Shown here one piece after another: positions 50,348-60,855 of a stretch of 64,000 nucleotides of DNA. The DNA is from Basidiobolus meristosporus CBS 931.73 (taxonomy: Eukaryota > Fungi > Basidiobolomycota). The stretch covers positions 1-64,000 of the forward strand of contig MCFE01000380.1 of assembly GCA_002104905.1 (NCBI GenBank). Direction: 5' to 3'. Within the stretch, counting starts at the first letter, position 1, and each line of letters opens with the position of its first letter. The position numbers and the translations under genes were made by a program. The notes beneath the pieces are model-generated. The model was not told where the DNA came from. It was given only the letters and a program-made list of their open reading frames with translations, and made no database searches.

Positions 50348-51328
50348 CTAAGAGGCGAACTGTTGGGAAGCGATCCTACACTTCTCCTCAACCCGGTAAT
50401 GCCGGCTGAGGGCATCCGATCTCGGGAAACCTTTCAGACACGAGGAGCACTCGTATGGCCGGCTGCCAGTGTGTAGACGAGTATGACGCTGAAGATCATG
50501 CTTTCTGGCGAAGGAGCGCGGGCAAAATTCACACGAGAATGGGCGGAGATCAGAGTGGCTCCGCAAATGCGAAGTCAGGTTGTACTGACGGCTGAAGGTT
50601 TTTTGACATCCGGGGAAGGTGCACCGGAAGATGTGGCCTTTCTCTGAGCTTCTGCTGCTTCCTTTGATCCCTGTGGAGCAGTCCTCAACGGCCTGTGGTG
50701 CACAAGCTTTTGCTGGCTGGGGAAGTGTTGATGCGGCCGTAAGCTTGGGCCCTTTGCTGGATGGTTCGTAAACAATGAACTTCAGTTGGTCAGACACCTG
50801 GCTGGGAGAGACGATCTCCACTTGGTCAGAGTGATCACCTAAGATGGCTTCATTGAGCTCCAATGAGTTCAGCAGCAATGTAGCCCAGTCGTCATCGAGC
50901 GAAGTGCCACAGGAAGAGGCAGTGGATACGCTGGAGCTCCTGGAGCGGAGGATGAGTGGAGGCGAGGCGGCATTTATTAATTGAGTGATATCATAATCCA
51001 AAAATAGCTCCATCTCGTTTGGTGGGGTAAGAGGGGATGGAATCAATGATCCGCACTCTGACGGCTCCTCATTTGACATGAGATTCATGTTCAGATCGAG
51101 CTCTGATTCGAATAAGTTCGCCATGGCACCCTTGTCCTGTGCAAGGGAGTCATTGAGCAACGAAGTATCGAAATCAAATGTCATCTCAGTAGGTGTAGGC
51201 AGCCCGGTCTCTAGCATGTCAGTGAGGTGCTCCATGTTACTGGGCGAGAAATCCTCCAAAAGAGAACAGGGATTTACATCGGAAAGAAGGTCCGAAAAGT
51301 AGTTCGAATCAAACAGTTGGGTGTTCAT
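50348..51328 (-). CDS. C2H2 zinc-finger transcription factor with Crz1-like fingers, intronless
   Basis: Acidic N-terminus; three fingers with FSRQYNLTSHLRSH, FARKHDLQRH, FPRSDALSRH; start taken at MNTQLF. Confidence 0.85.
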   Translation of the reverse strand: MNTQLFDSNYFSDLLSDVNPCSLLEDFSPSNMEHLTDMLETGLPTPTEMTFDFDTSLLNDSLAQDKGAMANLFESELDLNMNLMSNEEPSECGSLIPSPLTPPNEMELFLDYDITQLINAASPPLILRSRSSSVSTASSCGTSLDDDWATLLLNSLELNEAILGDHSDQVEIVSPSQVSDQLKFIVYEPSSKGPKLTAASTLPQPAKACAPQAVEDCSTGIKGSSRSSEKGHIFRCTFPGCQKTFSRQYNLTSHLRSHSDLRPFSCEFCPRSFARKHDLQRHTRLHTGSRPYECSSCLKGFPRSDALSRHYRVEEKCRIASQQFAS

Positions 51329-53285
51329 GGTGCTGTCAATATGGTTGACCGACATCTCAATAACTGTAAACGCAATTCTCAAAATGCTGTTGGCTATTGT
51401 GGTGGAGGGAGACTTCGTTTATATAGTTCTGGCGGCATTGGACTTCATGCCTCGGTGCAAACAGGATTCACTTCGCTTATGCTTGGCCCAGAAAACGGTA
51501 CATTTCCTCGGCTTGTGTGCATAATGAGTAGATTGCGATGATTCTGGCGGAGTGCTCTCGATCCTCTACATACACCCGGACTATTTAGGAAAATCCCCTA
51601 GCAGGTTTTGTGGCGTGAAGGTATTCTACTTGAGTCAATTGCCGAATTTGGAAAACGCTTAAGGCTTTGGTACAGCTTAAACTACATCCGCTATTTTACA
51701 GTTTTCAGATGGGCGAGAGAAACTAGTTCACGCCACAAGGGCTTGGGTGTTTGATATTAAAAAGGCAGCAATTCTCTAATTTTGGCACAAACCTGTCACT
51801 CCCATCTGAATTCATATTACCATCAGGGTCTCTGCTTAACTTACCCGGTATCGTGACAATGGCAGAGCTGGAGGTAGACCTTGCCCGGCAAAAATAAACA
51901 GATCAACTACCATCCGAAGATACACCCCTTAAACTCCTTTTGATTCGAATGGTCATTTCGCACTTCTAAAAATACCAAGAAACCTCCTTAATCGTGGCTA
52001 TACGCATATGTTGGTAACCGCACTCCACCAGTTATCTTATCACACACGCTAGGCTTTGCATTTCTATTTAGAGTATTGAATTTCTCTAAAACCACCACCC
52101 TCATAGTTACTGAATATGTACGCACACCTCATTCCTCCTTTCCACAAGCCCAAAGCTTAAACCTCTCGAGCGCTTGGCGATTTCAAACGGACATACATAT
52201 GATTGGGCGGTCATTCTTTACTCGCTGCGTTTGAAGTATGAGGCTCTGCAGCACGGTTGCTTGCAGGGGCTGGTTTTGTAATCAATAAAGCATGGCCGTC
52301 GATAGTGGCCCCATCTCGACATTGAGACTACCTGATTATGATCTTCCGGTTAAAATGACTAAATGAACTGTACAGTCCCATCAACGTTGTCACAGCTTCG
52401 ATGGTATCAATGCACCATGTGAACTGGTGGCTAACCTTTTCTGTAGATCTTGTTTTCCGGGCCGGTGGCTTGTCAGCATTACTATGTTAGGATAAACCAT
52501 GATACCTGGTGTTCCCTTTTGTCGGGTCACTCAGCACTCAATGTTATTTGAACATAGAGGGAATCTTTGATTTGTGCCTCACTTGGTGGCTCAGGTGGAA
52601 TTTCACATTTGGGAAATAACCCATACACTGAACTGCATCACCTACCCCAGTCCATATGAAAGTTCTCAAACGGACAATCTAAGCATCCATTGGTCTTACT
52701 TGTACAGATGGTCTGTTAATAACTGATAAGAGTCTTATGACATGGGGTATTGGCGAACCACCAAGAGCAATGAAAACCCAACCGTGTATGAGGTTGTGGC
52801 TGGCCGTTCGAAATCTTACGGTTTATATAGTGCAAGATACTATCAAATCATGTCAACGGGCTGACTAGGCATAAGACACCATACAGTGTTCCCTTTTCGC
52901 CCATTGTATTCTTAATAACCTATTGTTATGTCTCAACCGCCAATATTTCCTAAAACGATTTCAAACTTTAGGTTTCTATCACCATCTGGGATCTTAGTAT
53001 TTTATGTATAGTAAATCGAATTCATCAATAGGCTACGAGAATGAAATTCGAAGAATTGATCTGAATCCTGTCGGTTGTGAGGAAAAGGAGATCACCGAAA
53101 AACCCGGTCCAGTTTCGGTGTTAGAATTTCGACGGCTGGTAACATGAAAGAGCCATCCCAGAATAGCTGGTTACAGTATGAATACATGATTCCATTATAT
53201 GAGAACAGGCTAAACTCTAGTACCGCAGAAGTCACCACAAAGTACGGGATTACACAATAGAGATGAATACTGGATTGGAGAAATT

Positions 53286-53777
53286 TTAGTTTACTCGAGT
53301 ATAGTTTGTAGAAGAGTTGATCGGTAGGCGTTCGTTCACATCTTCCTCGATTGTGCTATTTCTCTTGTACACGAAGAGCATGACGGCGGCGATTATCCCG
53401 ACAAACAAAAGCCAGAAAAATGGCTCTACAGCGTCAGGTACCTCTTCTTGTACGCCGGAGAAATAGCACAGCCCATCACGATATTTCTCCCACTTTTCGC
53501 ATTCCTGTGGACCCTCCACTTGTTTCTCAATGTTGTCAGGGATTTTGCAAAAGAAGGTGTACACATCATTTATACGCACAAAAAGGTGTTTGTGCCCGTT
53601 ACAGTCGGCATCTTCGGGATCTCTTGGAAAGCAGAAACCGTTGTTTTGACAAATGTATTCTGGAAGTGGACAGCCTAATTTGAGTGAACAATGGTATCGA
53701 TTGACGGGCATAATCTTTTTCTTCAATTGGGAGTACTCTTCGTGGAGAGCCTCGTATTTCGGAGTGTAAGACGACAT
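53286..53777 (-). CDS. Hypothetical Cys-rich single-pass membrane protein
   Basis: CSLKLGCPLPEYICQNNGFC cluster, TM FFWLLFVGIIAAVMLFVY followed by KR; 5' end uncertain. Confidence 0.55.
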   Translation of the reverse strand: MSSYTPKYEALHEEYSQLKKKIMPVNRYHCSLKLGCPLPEYICQNNGFCFPRDPEDADCNGHKHLFVRINDVYTFFCKIPDNIEKQVEGPQECEKWEKYRDGLCYFSGVQEEVPDAVEPFFWLLFVGIIAAVMLFVYKRNSTIEEDVNERLPINSSTNYTRVN

Positions 53778-54337
53778 AAAAGACAAGCTAGGGTTACATT
53801 GGACACCATAGATGCGAAAAAATATATAGCTGCGACACGTCACTACGAGCTTGCCCTTGACTTGGGATTCCAACGGTCACAGCTACACTGTAAAAAAATC
53901 GGCCAGTCATCTGACATCAGCAGCCTTGATGCAAGGGATTAGCTAAGCCAATGTAACACCCAAGGAAACGGTAAATTGACGTTCAAGTTTCCCAAATTAA
54001 GAATTGAGACATATTTGCCATCTGCTTGCCTACCCTACAACAGACTTGAGGGGATGGAGACCACGGTTGAAACCATGGCTAGTATATATGGAATTAAATA
54101 CAACGGTCGATGTGTGATGGCGGCAGTTGGCTAATTTATTGACCAGTGATTGGGCCATTGGAGGTTCTTATGTGGTCACACATATTTATCAACTCTCTAC
54201 TCGCCGACCACAAATGATCAATATCCTTATTGAAATGAAACCTTCCTTAAAGAGCTCCTCAATATATATAGCTCCATGGGGGAGCACGCCAAAGTAGCAA
54301 ATTTTGACTTCACTCCTCCCTTCGCCACAAACGCTTG

Positions 54338-55981
54338 ATGAAGTCCCTCCTAACTTATTTGTCGGCCATAGCTGCCACACTGCTAGCAGCTAACGCACAG
54401 ATCGAGAAGGAAGGTCAGTGGGACTTGATTGGTCACTCTGGGGTATCGGCGATGCACATGGCACTGACTCATACAAACCATGTAATCATTCTCGACAGAG
54501 TCCAGAAAGCCTCAAAACTGTATCTACCATCGGGCGATTTCGCCTGGGGGTCTGAATACGACTTGGAAACGAATACCGTCCGCCCGCTTGATTTGAAGAG
54601 CAACACCTTCTGTTCGGCAGGAGGATTTCTCCCTGACGGGGTAAGGCAATCTTGACTCCCATTTGACACGTGGTGGTGGATTTCTCATCGTGAAATACCT
54701 CTTTATTAGACATTGATCAATGTGTCGGGCTCTCAAGGTAGGAGAAAGATTCGCGAAGGATTCAATGGTATCCGCTCCTTCAAGCCTTGTGTGGATAAGT
54801 TATGTGACTTCAATCAAGATTTCAACGTCACCCTCGACAGTAAAAGATGGTACCCAACGGTTGAAGGCTTGGCTGATGGGAGGTTGGTTATTTTTGGCGG
54901 GTCAACCACAACCTGTGGCCTCAATACGGAAGAAATCAATGTACCAACATTTGAGCTCTATCCCCCCTCTCCGAACGACCCGTTTACAGGCCAAAAAGAG
55001 CTGAAACTACTGAAAGAAACCCTCCCGAACAACCTCTATCCCGCTGCCCATTTGCTACCAAATGGCAACATGTTCGTCTTCGCAAGTACCAAGTCGGTAA
55101 TATTAAATACGACCACATGGGAGGTTGAAAAAGAGCTGCCAGATATCCCCGGAGGGGTGCGGACCTATCCGTTGACTGGGGGCTCTATCCTGCTGCCTCT
55201 TTCACCGGAAAACCAGTACCAGGCGGAGGTGTTAATTTGTGGTGGGAGTCGAAGATATTATCGAGCAAGTCCTGGTACGATATCCTGTGGCCGCATAAAC
55301 CTTGATGCAGAAGAACCAAAATGGGAAATGGAGGACATGCCTTTCCCCCGCGTGATGCCAGATATCATGGCACTCCCTGACGGTAGACTCATCATCGTTA
55401 ATGGAGTTGAGATCGGAACTGCCGGCTTCAACCGCGCTAAAGAGCCGACATTTGCCCCGGTGATCTACGATCCGTATGCGCCCAAGGGGGATCGGTTCAC
55501 AACGCTGGGGAAATCCACCATTCCTAGAGTCTACCATTCATCAGCGCTGCTTATCCCAGATGGAAGGATCTTTGTTGCAGGTAGCAATCCCAACTCCGAT
55601 GCAACCTTCGAGCAAGTTGACTTCCCCACCGAGTATCGTGTCGAGGCCTTCTCACCGCCTTATTTATTCGGGGAAACGCCAAGGCCAGTTATCCAGAAGA
55701 TTCCTGAAAAAATCCATTACGGGGAAAAGTTTGAGGTCAATGTGGAATCCTTCGTGGAAGGCTCGGAATTCAAAGTGGTTTTGATCCACTCCGGATTCGT
55801 CACACACAGCACACATATGAGCCATCGTCATGTTACTTTGCAACAGGTTCAGGTCGATGGAAATAGCATTACCGTCACCGCCCCGCCCAACCCCAACATC
55901 GCACCACCCAAGTATTACATGCTGTTTGTACTAGAGAACAATGTTCCCTCTATAGCTAGATGGGTCCAATTGAGCAACTGA
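54338..55981 (+). CDS. Secreted copper radical oxidase (glyoxal/galactose oxidase, CAZy AA5_1), 2 exons
   Basis: Signal peptide MKSLLTYLSAIAATLLAANA; NTFCSAGG (Cys), RWYPT, RTYPLTGG (Tyr), PRVYHS, GFVTHS; intron 54641-54709. Confidence 0.92.
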
Positions 55982-57451
55982 TCCCTCTCATGGTTGCACT
56001 TCTCCATCCCATGCGTAATCTCGTGAAGATAGATTCATTTTTCCAAGACGATCGTCGCAACCAATATCTAGCACAATCATAGTCCTAATCGTAGTAATCA
56101 TAGCCATAATCATAATCATAATAATACCACCACATTCTGCCCATCAACGTGTTGGAACACGAGCTCACAAGAATTACTCATTTCGACTAACTGAGCACCA
56201 AGAGCATTGCTGTGCTACATTGGGTTCGTCTTTTATACATAAACTTTGGGCGAATACGTCATCCAGTCCAAATCTCCACAAACACCATCAATGATATTGA
56301 TGTCTTGGAATGCTAAATTAACAAACAGACACGGATCTGACCCGCTGGATGAACCATACCACGAATGTTCCGGCCCTAAAAGGAAAACTGGATTGGGGAA
56401 TGTTCATGTTGCGACTGTAGACGGATTTGGGGGAGAGGTGAAAATGACCATGTTGCGTTGGTGGTAAAGCCGGTATTTGCTGGCAAATGATAATTGGCTT
56501 GGCCAATGGATGAAATAAACTTTCGACGTGTTGATCTATCACCACAAATTCCATCCTAAAAAATAATAGATGGATTAACCATTGCAGGCCTGGCCAATCA
56601 ACCGAGGCTGGGACTCAACATGCTCAACAGACAAGATGGAAACTGCCGTATTCATAATGGCCGTATTCATTAATGCCTACCTATCCGTGTCCAGCGGTCA
56701 CATGTCGAGGAATATATTAAGAGAGGGGTTACACGGATGGTGGATATGGCTTATCTCAACTTTAACATAAGCGGTTGGTAATGCAAGGCCGAGTCTAAGC
56801 AAGCCAAGCCAGGATCATCCTCGTCGACAGCAATAGCGCTTGCTCGACCTCTATCTCGCTCCCACACTGCACTCGAATCTTACCGAGGCCCGGTACATTC
56901 ATCGAAAATCCATTCGGGAGGAATCATCTAATACGGCCGGGGGCCGCGTATGATGAGGTGTGGGTGTGCAACGATACCGACCCCAGATGAGATGTTTATC
57001 AATATAATCGTAACCAGATCGACATATATGAAAGCCAATCGGGTTAGGACGTACTGATATCATCAACCTGTAGAAACCTTCCATGATTATATCTGAAGCT
57101 AAAATGCGATGGGCCTGCCAAAATTGGCCCAATTAGCCGAGGATTGGTGACTGATCTCAGGCTTGATTGCGACAGAAAACATTACTTCGCGGCTCGTTTT
57201 ATTCAATCTTGCTTTTGCTTTGTAATGCGAGGTTGGAATGTGCATCGATTATCAGGAGCAGTTTAGTTATTTCAGATATATTACAAGATGGCAATGGACT
57301 GGAAAACACCGAGAATTTGTACATAGAGTAACGGCTAAATGTCTATGAGAGTGGAGTGTAGCCCGGGGAGGGGGGATAGAAGTAATAACGGTTGCACACA
57401 GGCACTGTGGGTGGGTGGGGCGGCAAAAGCTCGATATGGCTTGGCCATCGC

Positions 57452-58069
57452 TCATGGTAAATCCTCTTTGGACCCTGGGCGTCGCATGGCCAGCTTGATT
57501 CCTTGCTTCGCGAAGCTTTTCGAGAGTTCGGTGATGACCGTAACTCCGGGGAAGGATTTCGCTGGATATACTGAAAACGGTGCCGAGTATACCCATGTCC
57601 GTACCATGGAATGTGGGAACTGGTCGGTCTGGCTAAGATCCGTAAATAGAAACCTCAAGCAGTATTTGCCCTCCGTCCTGATGGATAGATCCGGAAAAAT
57701 AAAAAAAATCCCTTTTTCGCCGTTGTGGTCGCTAAGGTTGTATGCCGAAGAAACCAAAGAACCAACTAGATTTCTGGAATACACCCCCTTGTCGCTGGTC
57801 ACAAAAGCAGAGCTCGCCCCCTGTCTCGTGTGGGTGCCCGACGTGCTGAGCAGGACGTTGCAATCCTTTTGACAATCAGAGGACCATAAATCTACGTGAA
57901 CAACGAAGGATGTTGAATCGATAGGGATGCTGTTTGGTGACCCGTCCTCCTTTAATGTAATGAGTTTGACGATGGGTGGTGGATCTATAGGTCTTCTATC
58001 TCGTTCGCCAAACCCGCACATCCTGGCACGCTCGGGCTGCTGAACAACCTCTAGCTTGTATTCTAACAT
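57452..58069 (-). CDS. Velvet-domain protein, 205 aa, essentially the domain only
   Basis: LEVVQQPERARMCGFG.RDRRPIDPPPIV, RNLVGS, FFIFPDLSIRTEGKYCL, FSVYPAKSFPG, SKSFAKQG. Confidence 0.93.
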   Translation of the reverse strand: MLEYKLEVVQQPERARMCGFGERDRRPIDPPPIVKLITLKEDGSPNSIPIDSTSFVVHVDLWSSDCQKDCNVLLSTSGTHTRQGASSAFVTSDKGVYSRNLVGSLVSSAYNLSDHNGEKGIFFIFPDLSIRTEGKYCLRFLFTDLSQTDQFPHSMVRTWVYSAPFSVYPAKSFPGVTVITELSKSFAKQGIKLAMRRPGSKEDLP

Positions 58070-59613
58070 CTGGTGGTATAAAGGTATATGAACAAGACGT
58101 CTATATGAGGTGGGGTGAGTGTCAAAATTCTGATGCTGAGCTAAGAGAAGATGAACATTATATATCTAGGAGCTACCATGTACTGTCATTCTCTACCGCT
58201 ACCGAATTTGATCCCATTCTTGCCTAATCGAGCCCCACCGTTCCAAATTCCTCCGTTCTCTTCGAATCCATATCTAGAGTACCTGCTATTTCAAACGAAA
58301 GATTATCCTGCCAAATATATTGTGTACTACAGACATCTAGACACAGAAACTGGATTAGGAAAAGACGAAAGAAATCAAATAACCCACTACATGAAACCAC
58401 ATAAATTCCTCAGAAACACAGTGTAGACAGAATACAAATCATATCGCGATTGGGCAGCAACATGGAAATCGTGCACTAGAATGCGCGTTGTTGTGCGATG
58501 GTGTGAAATGTAGCTTTCCCTCTGAAATGATGCAAAACCAATTTAGCTGTCGCATATGAACATTTTTATGCAATACTGGATTGATGGTGCACACTGCTTG
58601 TGTGCAGTATTATCGATTCATTGTCCTGAAATATAGTGCTTCCACCTCCGCTGTGTTGGCGGCTTTCAACTCAGTCCGGAAGTTGTCTTGTCCATAAAGA
58701 AAGAGATGAGTAGAGGTGCTTTTGAAATGAGAGGAAGCTTGCCTCCTGATGCTTCCACCCCCGCAGATTACGAGGGGAGGATACATAATAGATGGTCATT
58801 GGCCTGCGAGCCAAACTAGGTGTAGAGGCTCAACCAAACAACCTGGTTGCTTCTTCTTAAGCACTCATTCTCGTGCTAGTTCAACTATGGAAGCAACAAG
58901 GCTCGTCACCTTGGGTGCTATCATTGCTCAGGGTGGCTATAAAAGGGGTTTTTTTGAAAATAATAAGAATATTTTAGGAAATGGAAATACAACTATTTAG
59001 CCATGAATGACTCTAGTATGTAGTCAAATCTATGTACACCTAGTTGCGTAAACAAAATGGTGCCATCTCCATAAAAGGAGTTGGATATGGTTTATCGAAT
59101 CGAGCAAGAGCGAGTGGTGAAGGATAAACTCTCTTCCATGGCCGATGTCAAGAGGATGTACTTTTTAAGTAGCTTTAAGGTGGTATTGGCTTTTCTTGAA
59201 TGGTATATCCCCAAGCGGCCGTAGAAATGAACTAATCTAATCTCCTTAGGCTCCAGTGAATGGCTCGGGAAGGTTAGAGCCGAGAAAAAATTGGAGTGTT
59301 CCTTCGACGGGCTCATGGAGTTCATTTGATTTTGATTACCTAAGTGGCTTAGCCTGTTGTTTGGCGATTCCCTGTGTAGAGCGTTCAGATGCAGGTAAAT
59401 TGCTTGGCCAATAGGGTTGAGCAATCTAGGGATGCCGTATTTTACATTGGCTCCCTTTCGTGGGTCTGTCTTTAATCTACGTATTCTTGTGTCTTCGCTC
59501 TAACTCACCTAACCTATTTATAACCCTAATAATACGTTAAAATTTCGCTGTTTTCTTTCTTACCCAGTTTTTTGAATCCTTTCCACGCACCGCGTGACTT
59601 CTTCGCAAACGCT

Positions 59614-60552
59614 ATGGATCAACAGGATACTGTCATAGATTTGTCGCCAACTTTGCGGGTTCTAATAGTAGGAGGGAGTGGTACTTTGGGAAGCCAGTTA
59701 GTGAGTGAATTGGCAAAAGTACGGAGCCCGCGCATCCAGATATCCGTATTAGTTAGAGAAAGAGGGAGACTCCCATTTGATGAACAATTTCTGGTCGACA
59801 AAAAAATCTCTGTATATGAAGGCAACCTGGATGACGAGCTAAGCTTGCTCACAGCTTGCGAAAACCAAGATGTTGTTGTATCTACGGTGCAGGGTGACAG
59901 AGGGGTCATCGTTAACGGACAACAAAATCTCCTGAAAGCTTGCCTAGAAGCCAAAGTCACCAAGTTCATCCCCTCCGATTATTGTCTGGATTATTTCCTA
60001 TTACCTACAGGGATTAATAGAGAGCTTGACTGGAGGAAGGAATTTGCTGGTTGGGCGATCAAGCACAAGAGCGAGCTGGCGGTCGTACATCTCTTGACTG
60101 GCATTCTGACCGAGGCGGTTTTCGGGTTTCTGAAAGTTTGGGATTCCGTTGAGCGAAAATTCCGAATCTTTTCTGATCCCGACACCAGATTTCCCATGAC
60201 TAGCTTGGATGACATAACTCGGTTTATCGTCGAGGCCGTCTTAGAGCCCGAAATAGTGGGTAAACTGCCGGTATGCGGAGAGGATATTTCATTTGCCGAG
60301 ATAGCCGAGCGGTTCGAGCTTGTCAATCAGGAGAAGGTTGAAGTTGTTCAGATTGGAGACGTCTCGAATCTTGAGAGTAAGGTACAGGAGATGAACCTAC
60401 GCGAAGAAAAAGATACCGAAGAGCTTATACGACTTGAGTATTTATTGCCAATAATGAAGGGAGAGGCTAGGTTTGAGGAGCTGAAGAATTCCGTCTTTAC
60501 CTCGTTTAAACCCCGTTCCTTCGAGCAGTGGTTAATGAAACATCGAATTTAG
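59614..60552 (+). CDS. NmrA/isoflavone-reductase-like NAD(P)-binding protein, intronless
   Basis: VLIVGGSGTLG Rossmann motif, DVVVST, KFIPSDY, MTSLDDITRF; start taken at MDQQ. Confidence 0.85.
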   Translation: MDQQDTVIDLSPTLRVLIVGGSGTLGSQLVSELAKVRSPRIQISVLVRERGRLPFDEQFLVDKKISVYEGNLDDELSLLTACENQDVVVSTVQGDRGVIVNGQQNLLKACLEAKVTKFIPSDYCLDYFLLPTGINRELDWRKEFAGWAIKHKSELAVVHLLTGILTEAVFGFLKVWDSVERKFRIFSDPDTRFPMTSLDDITRFIVEAVLEPEIVGKLPVCGEDISFAEIAERFELVNQEKVEVVQIGDVSNLESKVQEMNLREEKDTEELIRLEYLLPIMKGEARFEELKNSVFTSFKPRSFEQWLMKHRI

Positions 60553-60855
60553 TCTTAATCTGATATCGATACTGCCCTACGCATTCTAGTAACCAACACT
60601 ACTAATGTATATAACCAAGCAAATAAGACAAAGTACAAATATTCCTTTATTCTACGTCAAAGGTCATATTTTGGGATGTTGTGCTCGATGAGGTCGTTTA
60701 GACTTTGAGAATACTTTGAAATTGGTACCTGTGAGCGTTGCTCAATCGAAAATCCATGTATATACAGTTTTCCACATAGGCGCATCTAACCAGGCGGTCG
60801 TTCGTTGAAACGCAACTTGGGCCAGTGCGCATCTAGATGTACGGAGTTCTCGGGG

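Noticed and set aside
51400-53280. Long spacer upstream of the zinc-finger gene with a stray branch/acceptor and a short peptide (IGLTCTDGLLITDK)
   Set aside because: No start codon or coherent exon chain; long regulatory regions are normal for transcription factor genes.
56100-57450. 1.4-kb spacer between convergent oxidase and velvet genes with small ORFs and a CATAAT microsatellite
   Set aside because: No spliced model with plausible intron sizes could be built.
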